64,000 nt of DNA, taken from the NCBI GenBank assembly GCA_047495785.1, contig JBLDXI010000021.1:930001-994000 (forward strand), in the 5' to 3' direction. This document shows, piece after piece, positions 23,369 to 36,284 of the stretch. The first letter of the stretch is position 1; the number at the start of each line of letters is the position of its first letter. A program made the position numbers and the translations under genes. The notes under the pieces are model-generated. The model saw only the letters and a list, made by a program, of their open reading frames with translations, did no database searches and was not told the origin of the DNA. Origin of the DNA: Lepidodermella squamata. Lineage: Eukaryota; Animalia; Gastrotricha.

Positions 23369-24876
23369 TTAGACACCGGGACAAAACGTGATGATGTAGT
23401 TGGTGTAGGCGTTGCTATGGCAACGGAAGGTCGAGGTGCCGTCGTCGTAAGCAAACTTGATTTAAGACAATAAATAGGAAATCTTAAGCATATTCTGATT
23501 CATACCGAGTAAGCAGTCGGGCAGTTATCCTTGAAGAACTTGGCGTAGTTGTAGGGCCAAGTCTTGGGTTCACAGACCTTCAACGACGGGTTAGCGCAGG
23601 CCGGCTGCAGGGGCGAGCAGTTGTACTCGTTGCGGCAGCAGTAGTAGTCGGTGTTGAACTTGGCGCAAGCGCTATAGCAGCCAATAACGCGACCGTCCTT
23701 GCTTTTCATTTGCAGATCAGCCGGGCAAGTCTTCCTGAGGTCGACATTGCAACCACACCATTCGCATAGTCCAGCATCGGCCATGAAGGTTCCTATGAAA
23801 AGCAGCTGTAGTATAGCGAATTAAAAGGCAAGCTAGATCATACCAGAGACTGGTTCCATTGAAATCGGAATGGTCGAGCCATCGACGTAGCTGACGTCGT
23901 ACCAGTCGCCATTGTCACCCAAACCAGGCCCGCGGGAGGTGAGTTCAGCCAATGAAGCTGGAGGCTCGCCTGTAATGCCAGCGCACTCTTTCCTGGTACC
24001 GCAGCCGCCAGTTTCGCAGAACAAGTTGCCGCTGTTGTCCTGGGTGCAGTTGGTACGGGGCCAGATGCGGCCGCAGAACTTGGTTCCAACATCGAGACAG
24101 GTCAACTCTCCTGGCTTCATCAGCCAGCCGCCGTTCTTAGGAACAGGCCCATCCTGGTTGAAAGAAGCAGCCCAGACGTCGAACTTGCAGTTATTGATGA
24201 CAGAAATGCGGGTCTGTGTGGTTGAAACCGGGCAAGCGGCGATGTTGGAGGAAGGGGGACGAGGGGTAGTTGGGGGTGGTTGAACGGCGTTGTCAGCAAA
24301 GCCGCAGATTTGGTCCTTATCAGCCACAGTATTGGCGTTAGTCCTGGTCGCTCCGCCCTGCTTCATCCAGCAAGTTCCACCGAGGTAGCTGTTCCATGAG
24401 TAGTGGGTGCATCCAGAGGTAGAGTAACACTTGAAGGCACAGTACTGTTTCTCAGTCTTAGCGTTGCTAAGATCGTTGCCGTAGAAGTCACAGCCAGTTC
24501 CGATGTTACCATTCCATTGCACACCGTTGACAACAGCGGAGCCGGAGGTTCCAGCAGGCTTAGCCGTCGTCGTCGGGATAGCACTCAGAAGGCCGCATCG
24601 GTAGTTTTGCGTATCGGAAACCTCAAAGGCATCGGCTCTGGTACGGCTTCCAGTCTTCATCCAACAAGTTCCACCGAGGTAGTTGGTCCAGACGTAGTGG
24701 GTGCAGCCGGATGTTGCTTGACACTTGGTGATGCATTGCTCCTCGGTAGTCTTGGCATTAGCAATGTCACCAACTTTGAAATCGCAGCCTTTCGCCCAGT
24801 CACCAGTCTGCCATTGGATTGCAGCAGAAGCGGTGTGCAGCAGACAGGCAGTAGCAATGAGACTAAAACTTTGCAT
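23369..24876 (-). CDS. Secreted 2x PAN/Apple plus thaumatin-like (PR-5) protein, 3 exons
   Basis: Signal peptide, two PAN repeats (GCDF...C...C....GCTHY.W..YLGGTCWMK) and thaumatin motifs (NNCKFDVW, GRIWPRTNC, CETGGC, PPASLAE, YDVSYVDG, CYSAC, FFKDNCPTAYS|FAYDD, ITFCP). Introns 23793-23843 and 23456-23505 are in frame. Confidence 0.92.
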
Positions 24877-25256
24877 TATCCTAATTTTGTTAGCTTTTTA
24901 TGAAAGTTACAGGGAGATAGTGCTGGTTTTATAGGCACCGATATCCTATACTCGAAATATAACTCGTAGGCGATCGAGGTTAGCCTCCAAAGAATCTTGC
25001 GCCAGTTTATTGACTCAGCTGCTTTTGTCGCAGGAGAAAATGAAACTGTAACGTGGTATGGTTTTAGTTTTGGTAACGACGACAGGGGGCAAAGTCTGGA
25101 AGCATGTTAGCAGGTGTTCAAACTTGCGGGGTAATTGGACAAATTTGGTTATTTGCATATAAGAAGAGAATTGCTGCCAATAATTGAATAAAAATGAAGA
25201 CTCTCTCATTCTGATCAATTTATTACACTAACTTGTTATAACAACAAACGACTTTC

Positions 25257-25826
25257 TCATTGATCTTCTGCTACAGTGAAACTGTCATTGATACCGCAGA
25301 GAAATGACTTATCACCAGTGTTGAAAGCATTTTCCTTCGAGATTTCCCCGCTCATCAGCCAGCAAGTTCCTTCCATCCAATTCGTCCAAACGAAATGAGA
25401 GCAATCCTCCGTTTCTGCACATTTTTGACGGCATCGGGACCGTGTTGTTCGAACAGATTTGAATTCTTCGGTTGGGAAATCACAAGAGTCGGCCCAGGTA
25501 CTTCGCGACCAGTTAACTGTGCTTCCACTGCTGGTGGAATCTCTGATAGGAGGCTGCGTTTCAACTCTTCCGCAGATGGCATCTTTTGAGTAGAAAGCAG
25601 TTTTTGCAAAGCCTCCCAACAGCCAGCAAGTTCCGCCCATGTAATCGGTCCATGTAAAATGGGTACAGTTCGCGGTTAAGGCGCATTTCGGACCACATTG
25701 CCGCGCCGAAGTTTTCGCGGTGGCGAATTCCTCCGTGTCAAAGTCGCAAGCATGAACTCTAGTTGGCCATTCTCTCGCACAATTAGCCGACTCAATTAAT
25801 AAGAGAAGAAATAAAAGCTTGAGCAT
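25257..25826 (-). CDS. Secreted protein with two PAN/Apple domains only
   Basis: MLKLLFLLLLIESANC signal peptide followed by two repeats of CDF...C...C....CTHFTWTDYMGGTCWL, homologous to the PAN repeats of the neighbouring gene. Confidence 0.85.
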   Translation of the reverse strand: MLKLLFLLLLIESANCAREWPTRVHACDFDTEEFATAKTSARQCGPKCALTANCTHFTWTDYMGGTCWLLGGFAKTAFYSKDAICGRVETQPPIRDSTSSGSTVNWSRSTWADSCDFPTEEFKSVRTTRSRCRQKCAETEDCSHFVWTNWMEGTCWLMSGEISKENAFNTGDKSFLCGINDSFTVAEDQ

Positions 25827-26482
25827 ATTTTCGATTACTTTGAAATATGAGCTAAAAATCAACGCAAAGGAGGCCCTGTTTTCTCGATTTTGCAACACAT
25901 TTTACGCGTGACAGGTGCTTGTAATTGCTATTTTTCAAGATGATGCCGCGACCGTTCAGGGCTTGTGATCCTTTGGGTACATATGCATTGTGTATCAAGG
26001 GTATCAAGTCATTCGCAATATCAGATGGCTTTGATCTGGCTTTGATACATCCTGTCCTTCCAAACCTGTCCCAAACTTCTCCTTCTTCCCCTTGGTTTGG
26101 TGGTAAAACCACCTTTCATACATATTTCTTCATGAAATTGTGCTTTTCAGCATAACGATCATTAGGAGTTGGAGATAGGGGTTTGGAGTAAGGATTAAGG
26201 GTTCGGGCTTGGTTAGGGTGAGGGTTAGCGTTGGGTCGAGTTTTGAATTTTAACAAAATTCGATTTCAGGGTCCTTTACCTTCATCTATAACCATTGTCA
26301 TGCAGATACGTTCAATTTTATTTTTATTACAGCCATTGCATTGCATATTCGATCACAAAAGGTATCAGCAGAGATGGAGCATCTCTCTATCATATAAGCA
26401 ATAACGATTAGGTTCAAAAACTGTCTATTCGAGATTCGAAAACAAAAATACCACAGTTTGTTAGCGATTAAAATTAACAAAA

Positions 26483-29151
26483 CTATAATGGCACTGTGGA
26501 TATCTCATCGAGTAGCCGGTGCGAGCCGTCAGAGCTGACGTTTGAAACCTTGAATGTTCTTTGAGGTTTGATTTCAAAAGAATCTACCACCTTTTGCTGC
26601 CGCGACTGATTAATAGGCAGGTATTTATTCGTCGCTCCTCCTTCGACTTTTTTGAGGGGAGAAGACTGATCGTAATGGGGTTGATTGAGCGTAATCTTTC
26701 TCACCAACTTGCGGCGATAGTAAGTGAGATAGACCAACCCAGAACCTCCTGCTACTACTACAATACCAAGGACGAACGAACCGATGGAGACCCAAAATCG
26801 CAACTTGGCAGCTTTCTGCTTCACGAAGGCGGATTGAGTATTAGCAATCCGGAATACTCGGGTAATATTTCCCAGCTCATTTTCGACCAAACACAAGAAC
26901 AGCTCACCAATGTGAGTCCTAGCGTTTTCTACGTTCAAAATATGCAGATCTTCTGCTTCAGACATTGGTTGAGCGTCAAGATATTCGTTCGTTGACATCG
27001 GTGTGCGCTTACTCCAGAAGACATGCGGCTTAGGATAGACCCAACTCGCCTCGCAATCCAGATCAACGGAATTCTCTTTGTCAGGGATGATGACATCGAT
27101 TACTTCTTCACCATCGTGGGAGTTTACGAAACTCGGCGAGGACGGCGAAACACGCACGACCTCGGAGAAGGCTATCGATTGTACGTCGCGATAATTTTGT
27201 GCGTCATTTGTCCAGGCGGTGGCAGCGATTTTCATTGAAGGCCAAGCATTACTCGAATCCAGTTTCGCGTAGAACGCGTCCACTTCAAAAACCAGGGTGC
27301 AATGCGCGAATGTTGCCTGTTTTTGGAATTAGTTCTCACAAAAGATTCTGGTGTAAAAATACCTATTGCCGACTTACGTAAATGTTTTTGCCTTGTCTTT
27401 TCAACTTGATGACGTAAAAGTTGGATTGAAGTTCAGACTGGTCAAGTATGCATTTAACGCCCCAGTTATTGCTAGATAGGGCGACGCGATCACCGATTTG
27501 TAACTCTAAATTTCGACCTGAAGCTGTGAGAACGTACACCTATGGATAATTTCAACGTATAAACCCTTTTACTTAATCTCTCACATCGTTACCATCTTAA
27601 GTTTATCTCCGGAAGTTCGTATAACTATCGCCAGTCCAGAGAAAGTTGAGTTCCATAACAAAGCTAGCGAAAAAGGGTAATATAGTATATAGTATGAACT
27701 GGAAAACAAGCAATCCTATGCCAACCTGTTTTGTTTACCAAAGTGGGAGATTCGCTACCCAACCAAATACCAAATCCGCCACTAGCTAGCTGATCCGGAT
27801 TAGAGGATGGAACCCGAAATACCACGTCCAGTTTCCAAGCTGTTTCTGGTTCGAAAAATCGCTGGTCTAAAGCTCGATTGCTGATGATTGCCCCTGCGCC
27901 TGGTTCCTCTATACCGGTCAATCGGATGATTTGTTTGTCGCCTGTGGTTTTCACACTAGCGGCAGAGCCGATGAGTTTCCAGTGATTGACTAGCTGTTCT
28001 AAAATTTAGAAAAATAATTTATATTTGCTTTGTGGCATTTGCGAACTCACTTTTAAATGGATATTGTAAGGAGAGAACTTCCACCTTACTTTCTCTGTGC
28101 GGGTAGTTGAAAATGTCTGAATTAGGATCCTTTCTAAGGTGCTCGTCATCTTCATGACCATCATCCTCACCATCTTCGTGGATTAGGAACTGAAGGCCTA
28201 AATGAGGATAAAATTGCTGTTATTAGAGAGAATTAATGGCCAGGATTATTACCTTTCTTCAGCCGACTGAACTGAAACTTGTGAATGTATATCGCGTCGT
28301 CTGAAATTTGGTTAGTCCAAAATGTTATTCCAGCCCGGAGGACAGGCCTACTGTTCGCGTTGGTAACTGATCGAATGAAATTCGAAATATCAAGTTCGAA
28401 ATCATCGCAAGCTGAAAATTTGACGGCTATTATCGAGCCTTCTTTTCGAACAATAAGCCGAGTTTCACGTTGATGGACGTCCCAGCTGTTTATCGAGCAA
28501 TGGGCTCGATCTCGCTTATAGCCTGTATCGAACCTGCTCTCATCATCCATATCCCCATCTTCATATTCTGTTTCTTCGATTATAGACATTTCGCGGCCAA
28601 CTATTCCGTAAACATCTACCAACTAAACAAAGAAATGTAAGGACTGACTGGTAAAGCATCGGTCTTACCTGTGACGAAGCATCAGCAAAATCGCCGAATT
28701 CAGCGACAAAAATGCCGAAGCCGGTAAAATTCTTAGCATTAACGCCCCATTGAGATTCGAGGGTGATTGATTCTTCAGCGGCTATCCAAATTCCGAAGCC
28801 GTGCTCGTGATCGGGAGACGGCGAGCTATGCGTTACAATGGAGGTCCGGATTTCCCAGTCGTAGTCTTTCGACAAAACTGTTGACGATAACGGCTTTTTA
28901 GCCCAGAGGGACCCGATTTGAAGCGATGTTTTCAATGACGGATAGCCACTCATTATCACGCCGATGCTGTTTAAGGTTGTCGAAACTAGACCGTAGGCTT
29001 CCCATTTGTCTTGCTCTAATGGGGCGATTAGTTCGAAATCATCAATAGAAATGTCTTCATGATGCTCCGATAGTTGATGCTCGACAGCGGAAACCCAGCC
29101 TAATGTTAAGGCGATGAGAAATAGGACGTTGGATCCGAGTGCCATTGCCAT
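26483..29151 (-). CDS. Type I membrane protein: 2x L-type lectin-like domains, Ig domain, TM helix, cytoplasmic tail (multi-exon)
   Basis: Signal peptide; lectin-like 1 (GSLWAKKP...WEIRT...GFGIWI...FTGFGIFV); lectin-like 2 (IIRLTG...GAII...WKLDVVFRV...GGFGIWL...FSGLAIVI); Ig (VDLDCEASWVYPKPHVFW...FLCLVENELG); TM FWVSIGSFVLGIVVVAGGSGLVYL followed by RRK. Not every internal junction or the 3' end was verified. Confidence 0.7.
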
Positions 29152-30386
29152 TGGTGAAATTGTACTCGGAGAATGTGAAGTTATGTTTTAATAACCTGAA
29201 GTTTTTTTCCGCGTTATTTTACTATGAAGGAGGATCAGCGCCCAATTTCCCGTCTAGCTGATTCGTGGCAATGCACTTTCGCATTGACTTGCGGTCCTTT
29301 GTGTTTATTGTGTCAACAAAAATAAATAAAAGTAATAATAACAATAATCGATGCTGGTTGACCTCATGGCGCGAGAAAGGCGGCACACGTGGTGAGTAAT
29401 TACGACAAATAACAATATTTAGGCGTTTTTCAATAGCCGTCAACCCTCTGCACCGACTATTGTCATTTGAAGCGACTAACATGTGTATGATGTATATTTT
29501 TGCGAAACAATAGTCGCAGTATAGGTCACTGTGGGGTGCGCATTTGCATTATCTACATTTAGTTGTGCCCGCAGCGGGGCGCAAAAAATGCAGGTGTGGA
29601 ATGTGTGTGTGTGAGGTGCGATAAACGATAAAAAGAGGCGAACGCACAAAATCTTTACTACACATCAACCTCGCTGTCAATCGCGAATATTTCTCAAGCT
29701 GTGAAGAAGTCGAAAATATAAACTCAACGAAGTTCATTCCATATCGTCAATAAAAGTCTAAAAAAATAACCTACAATCGCTCTTAAAAACGACTTCGGTC
29801 CATTTCGGGATTTATTGATTTATTTCCAATAAGGCATAGCAGGAAGATGAATAATAAATCAAACGTTTTTCAAGGCTGTTAACCAAAATCTTGCATTCCA
29901 TCTTGTAATCCGCCGTGTTAAGCCACTGTGTCCACGTTGCAGATAACATTGTGATCGCACTTTGTGTACGCATAGCCATTGGGCGATACACTTTTCCTGT
30001 GTTCACATAGCCACATCCTTTTCTATTTCAATCTTGAGGTATTGGTTGGACAACAGCTAAAGTAATTTGTATGGAAGGAAAATTTAGGCCGCTATCGATT
30101 TCTCGGAGGTCACTTTTTTGAGGGTTCGAAATTCGATACTATCGTGGTAACCGCACGGAGACACCTCTAGTCGGATTCCCAGTGTCTTTGACTTTGATTC
30201 AGCTAACAGACAGACAAGTACACTTAATCCATTATCATAGTGGAAAGATAACGTTGTTCTCATTATAATGAGCAGACCGAGACACGTGATGTCATGAATG
30301 TATTGATAAGTTAAGTAGCAATGTTATCTCTATTTTTCATCCTAACAAGTTTACCGAGAATCATTTCGCAGCAGACACAATAAGCA

Positions 30387-31931
30387 ATGGAAACATTGTC
30401 CACCAGTATAATTTTTTCAGCACCTCGGAGAAAAAGTGCCGCGGATGGCAGAGGAGTCGTCGATGATTTGTCTGCATCAATTGGTCGCCGAAATGTCGCT
30501 CAAAACCAAGAGAATACAACTGATTCAAAGGAATCCTTATACCGGCTCATTAACCTTGGTGTGGCTAGCAGTCTCGTTTTCTGTAGCGGATTCGAAATAT
30601 CGCTCAACCCACCAATATTCCCACCTCAAGCAGAGAGCAAAGGGGTTTCTTCAACAGCAATAGGCTTCATTTTCGCCTGTTTCACCCTGACAATGTTTGC
30701 CGGTAGTTTGATTTGGGGCGCTTATATCAAGACCATCGGCCTGAGGTATCTCATCGTTGCTGGAAGTTTATTAGCAGGAGGTTCAGTGATTCTTTTCGGT
30801 ATATTAGACCTCGCTCCTCCAGGAGATAGCTACCTAGCTCTCATTTTCATTGTTAGATTAGCCGAAGGTGCTGGTGGAAGCATGTACCTAACAGCAGCCT
30901 ATAGTTTAACTGCCGAGCTTTACCCGCAAAAGGTCTCCTCAGCCTATGCTGTATTAGAATTCGCTAACGGTGCTGGTCGTATGTTTGGCCCACTATTAGG
31001 GGGCGTTTTAGCCCAAGCGGGAGGGTTCCCGTTACCTTTTTACCTTAGTGGAGCGATGATAATAACTTGCGGCTTTATGGCTCTTCTAATTCTTCGCAAA
31101 ACAGCACCACCGGGTTTACTTTCACCTGGGGAAGATGATGCAAGCGGAGTAGGCAAGAAGTCAATTTTCACAATGTGGGTGAGGTTTTATCGAGCTTCGC
31201 CTGATATCTGGTTTTTGTCGATTTCCAACTTTTTCGCCATGCTATTTTTTTACTACCCCTACCCAACCTTGTCCGTACGATTAGGAGAATTAGGCCAAAA
31301 AGACACTATTATCATCGGATTGATATTTCTCGGAGGCTCAGCTGCATACAGCTTGTTATCACCAATCGTCGGTAAAATCTCCGATGCTTTCAAGAACAGG
31401 TTTTACTTTATCTTGATTGCTGGATCACTTTTCATGGCTATTGGGTTATTCTTTCTTGGACCTGCCCCTGTCACAGGAATAAGTGCTTCAGTAGGATCAA
31501 CTACCGCCTCCTTCATTGTTATCATGTCTGCTCTGGCCATATCTATCGTGCCTGTACCGTCTGCAATCAAAAGTGCAGCAATTTCTGCTGGATTCGAGGA
31601 CAACCTACAAACCTCAGCCATGGTTGCAAGTCTCTTTAAAGGTATGTAGCCTGAAATAGGTTGTAGTCCTTTGACGGACATTATTGCTCTTTCAGCCACG
31701 TGGTTCTTGGGAGTTCTGATCGGATCACCTGTCTCGGGTGCTCTAGTCGACTCGGTTGGCTTCGAAACAGGAGCCTTCATCATGAGTTGCTTAGGTTTCG
31801 TTACGACTTTAGTGATTATTGTCGCCTGCATACTGCACCAAACAAATCGCCTGAAAACAAACAATGTTAGCGATTACTCTGTCTACTACGATCCCAGTGA
31901 ATCTGTATCGCTGCTACCCGATAAGCGATGA
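30387..31931 (+). CDS. MFS transporter, SLC18B1-like
   Basis: About 12 hydrophobic segments; PIFPPQAESKGVS, VRLAEGAG, GRMFGPLLGGVL..AGGFPLPF, SPIVGKISD. One short intron near 31643-31695. Confidence 0.82.
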
Positions 31932-32229
31932 TTCGCCATGACTATAGGTCTCTTCTTTTTACATGAGGATTCTCTTGTACCTAGTATTTCACTATTCTTG
32001 AAATTAAATCATGAAGTGAGCGTTTGTATCTTGGTTTTTTTACACAGAGTCGAGAGGTTAACACAGAAATAAGGAGCTAGGAGTGGGAGCCTTTATAAAT
32101 TAGGGTAAACTTTTCTTCAGGTTCGAAAGTTCAAATCAAAGTGCAATTCAGAGGGTCTTTCGAAGGTTTGCATGTAAATATTTACCACCAAAAATACCCG
32201 GTTTACAGGATCTTAGAGTAAAATTACGC

Positions 32230-35200
32230 TCAATAGCTCAAGTTGATTATGTAAGCGTGAATGACAATTCCGGCTATGAAACAAAAGAAAGCAACGACAG
32301 CATCGAGGAATCTAATGAGTCCGCCAAATCTTAAAAGAACTCCAGGTAAGGTGTGATGCTTAAGACTCGAATAGTTTATGACCAACTCGTGACAGCAAGC
32401 TACAAGCTGATACACCACGCAGCTTGCCGTTAACCAGAACAGTCCTGTAACGTAGTCGATAAGTAAGATTCTCTGAGAAGTTTTTGCTATGTTGCTTGAA
32501 ACAGTTGACTGAGCAAGGCCCATTGTAAGCAAAACGGCCATGGAAAAACTAGGCCTATCCGGATGCATGGGCGGCATGGCAAATGAGGCAATCTCAACGA
32601 TAAAAAGGATAGCATTTGGCATGATCAAGTTGTAGACGAAAAATGAAGGATTTCGCGAGAGTGAAACAGCGAAATATACAGCGCTGGATTTAGATCCTCT
32701 GTAAATTCGAGTCGTTAGATTGACGCCTTGTCCCACGAAATTCCAGCGGTCGTGCGAGTCTAGCTCTTGAATTATAAACAACGGACTCACGAATTTCATA
32801 GCTGATACAGCTCGGTTCAAGGAAAAAACGAAGATGCATGTCTGCTTGTCGAATGGATAGTAATGCAGGTACATATTGCATGTAGCGGAGAATTTTCCAT
32901 CTTTAACCCAAAAGAAATTGATTGTCTTGTTAGGAGAGCCTTCTTTCTTTGAAGTCACTGCCGTCAAGTCTTCACCGAATTCGTAAGTGTTCTGCATGTA
33001 AACGCTCCCTGCAGCGCCATTTACGAGTCTGAAAGGAGGCGTCCATACTTCGTTACTTTGAGCGACGTATAGCTGCTCGAATGGCCGGCTCGAGAAAGGA
33101 TCCTCCGAATCGGCAGCGCAGGTCGCGATAGACCAAGCTAGCAGCAAAACACCGCTGACCGAGATAGTTTCTTCCATGATGTCCAAGTCGAAGAGTTTGT
33201 CTATTGCGAAAGCTGGCTGGACCAACAGCGGTGTTCCATCCGGCGTTGGAGGGGCGACTCTATTCGGAAGAAAATCTTCGCATTGCTCGGCGAGCTGCTT
33301 CGCCGTTACATTAGCGACGGGCAACTCTTTTGAGCCGCTGAACATCGGCATCACTTGTGCATAAATTTGCTGGGAAGATGATGCAATCTTCGAAGCCGAA
33401 CTCGCGAATGTGTCGGTATCTTCAAGCATCAAATCAATAAATAATAAGGAAGATCCAAATAGGTTTACCAAAATTTTCTGACTGCATAGAAATCCCAGGA
33501 GAGCTAGCGGGAGCATTTATGGGAGTTGAGCCCTGGATAATTCAAGAAATCAATTTTAGCTACAATTTCAGCTACAGGGTAGAAACCTCTGTTGTTGCAG
33601 TGCTTTTAGTTTCACTGAATTTTGTAGTTGACGACGTAGTCCCAATGCTAGTCGAGGATTGCGACGAGGCTGCTGAATAAAACATGGACGCAGAAGTTGA
33701 GGGGGATGCAGTTACTGTTGGAGTGGGCGTGACAGTTGAGGGTGAAGTTGGTGCATTTCCAGGAGTGGAAGAGGTCATCGGCGTAGAAGTTGGGCCACTC
33801 GAAGTTGTACTGCTTGTAGTCGAACTACTCGAAGTTGAACTGCTTGTAGTCGAACTACTCGAAGTTGAACTGCTGCCGCAATCGGTAACACTGATGGAAT
33901 GCATATCTGCAGTTAGAGGATTGGCATTGCTGCCCTCTTTGTTGCGGCATGCTACTCCGAGGTAAAGATTCGCACCACCGGTCGCACTCCCAACAGAACT
34001 GTTCATCGTGCGATTATCAATAACCCGAAGACAATAGCTTTTATCGTAGTTGCAAACATTGATTGAAATGGTTGCGTTGCGCACTCTTATTTGCCATACA
34101 GCTTTCGCCGAAGCGATGAACGAGCTCACAAAAAGCTGATTGATGACTGAAGTTGAACACCAATCTAAAGCCGGAGATCCTCCGCAACCGTTAGCAAACC
34201 ATTTCGCGGCATTTGGCGCCGGAAATAGGCCACCCATAATTCCGTTAGCCTTAAAGGCTTGGAAAAAGGTCGTTAATCCTGAGCAGCATTGTGTGAGCAT
34301 TGATCGCGTATGAATTAGAGGTTAAAATACTTACCCTGATGGCGGTCACGAGCTACCCCGTATTCATAATAGCTGGATGTATTGTAAGTCGGGTGAGTTC
34401 CGTTTGCCGGTCTTACAACGCCATTGTCGGTTGAAATGATGAAAAGGCAGCCGTAAGGCATGAATGTTGCCGAACCATCGTTGTACTTTGAGCAGTTTCC
34501 GCTGAGCTCAACGGTTACCTCGGCGTAAAAGTCTTCCGAGGCAGTGAATGGCTATAATATAGCTTGGGTATAAGGATACAAGTATATCACCAGAGTACTT
34601 ACGGATTTAGACCATAAATTGCCATTTTGGTCAGGAACAGAAGACAACAGTCTTACGGCATTCCCGTTTGGGGCTGAAGCATTCAAGTTTGATGGTGGAT
34701 AGTAATCCCAATTAACTAGATCCGCCGGACTGAAATATGACCATTCCACTCTCGGAGATCCACTCGGACAAGCAAGATCCAATGGTCTGTTCGGCGACTT
34801 GATTGCAACAGAGGTGCATTCCCAGACATCAACAGTATGCAAATCGGTATTGACATACCCTGTGTTGCTATGGGCCGCAATAATACCCAGAGACATTTCA
34901 GCAGATCCGAAAGAGTCTTGAATCGACTTTCCAAAGTTGATATTTGACAAAGTTCGAGAGCAATTTGTAGTGTTGAACAGACAAATGTCGACAGTGAGGT
35001 TCGACTGCTGCACTCGGATCTTTAACGTTGATTTTGTGATGATGTAAGAGTTGATAAAAGATGAAGTGATGGAGTAACAGAAGTCAACCATAGCAGAAGG
35101 GCAATTTGACCACCATTTACTAGCATTAGGTTCATCTCGAATAATCATTGCCATAACAGCACTATACTTTGTGTCCACGAAGACGTTGAAACCTTAAATA

Positions 35201-35728
35201 TGGTAAGAGAATTCTCTAATTTCTAGTTTCAGGTTAATGTATTTATGCCAACCGATGTGATCCTGCCTTGAGATACCGTACTCGTAAGGCGACATGTAGT
35301 TTAATTTGCCACTTGCTGGTCTGACTATTCCATTTTTGTTGGAAATAGAAACAGCGTAGCCGTAAGGGAGGCTGAAGAAGTTAGCCATTGATACTGTGAC
35401 TTCAATGTAAAAGTCGTCCAGCTTGAAAGGCTATTTAAATCATATTCTTAGGACCATTTTAGAAGGAAACAGCGAACAAACAAACATTTTTTGCCCACAT
35501 TGTACCGCTTTGAGAGTATGATTGCGACACCAATCTCACTGTTCCGGCGGGTTGGGACGTATTCAGCAAATCTATCGGTGGATAGTATTGCCACTTGGAT
35601 GATAAATCCGATAGTCCCTGGAATGAAAGATCTGGGCGATATTGGCCGCTATTACAGGTCAGCGAGCTTTGCCCTTCTACTGAATAGAGATTCACTGTTG
35701 TCAGAAGAATTCAAATTTTCGACAGCAT
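32230..35728 (-). CDS. Lectin-lectin-mucin-Cys-loop channel, copy D (in-frame TGA at codon 6; possible pseudogene or null allele)
   Basis: Lectin exons (GTVRLVSQSYSQSGTMWAKN|PFKLDDFY), Ser/Thr stalk, linker exon 33469-33532 (...ISMQSENF|D) and channel exon 32230-33419 with Cys-loop CNMYLHYYPFDKQTC and 4 TM helices. ATG 35728 reads MLSKI*ILLTT. Confidence 0.8.
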
Positions 35729-36284
35729 TTTGAAATGTACTCAATTTTAAATTTCGCTTTACTGAACATCAGCCTACAGGTTTTCGTAGGTTTCAAACTT
35801 TTTTCGACTAAATTGCCAACTTGTAAGCGACTTTCGAATCATTAATTATTAATGCTCTTGTACGTTTTTCGTAATGCTCTTTGTTCTAATTCAAGCTGTT
35901 TATCCAGTCCTTTGACAGCGATCACAATTTCCAGGACCGAACGCTATCCTATCACAGAAATAATACGACCCAAGCGATCAATAAATGAGTGGATTACTCG
36001 CCGTGGGTAGCGACACGCGTAAAATTTCAGATTTCCATAAAGCAGGACAATTTTACCATGAGCTGAATTTCGTCACGAGAGATAAAGCTTCCAATGTCAA
36101 GTTATTTTGTCTAGAGGGCTTGAGTCCTGAAATAGGCCATGTCAAATTTTATTCAACTCAGGAGAGAACGAAAAGAGGGTTCCAAACTTTTTGCTTGACA
36201 CAAGCTCACGCGTTTCCACGGCGAGTTCGACAACATATTGAAACTTCGAATTTAAGAGCTAGCTTTTAGAAAGGTTTCAGGTCG

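Noticed and set aside
35711-35713. Non-standard genetic code (TGA = Trp) or selenocysteine
   Set aside because: TGA ends several genes here (e.g. 4662, 10305, 18237, 51275), Trp is otherwise TGG, and the position is in a signal peptide.
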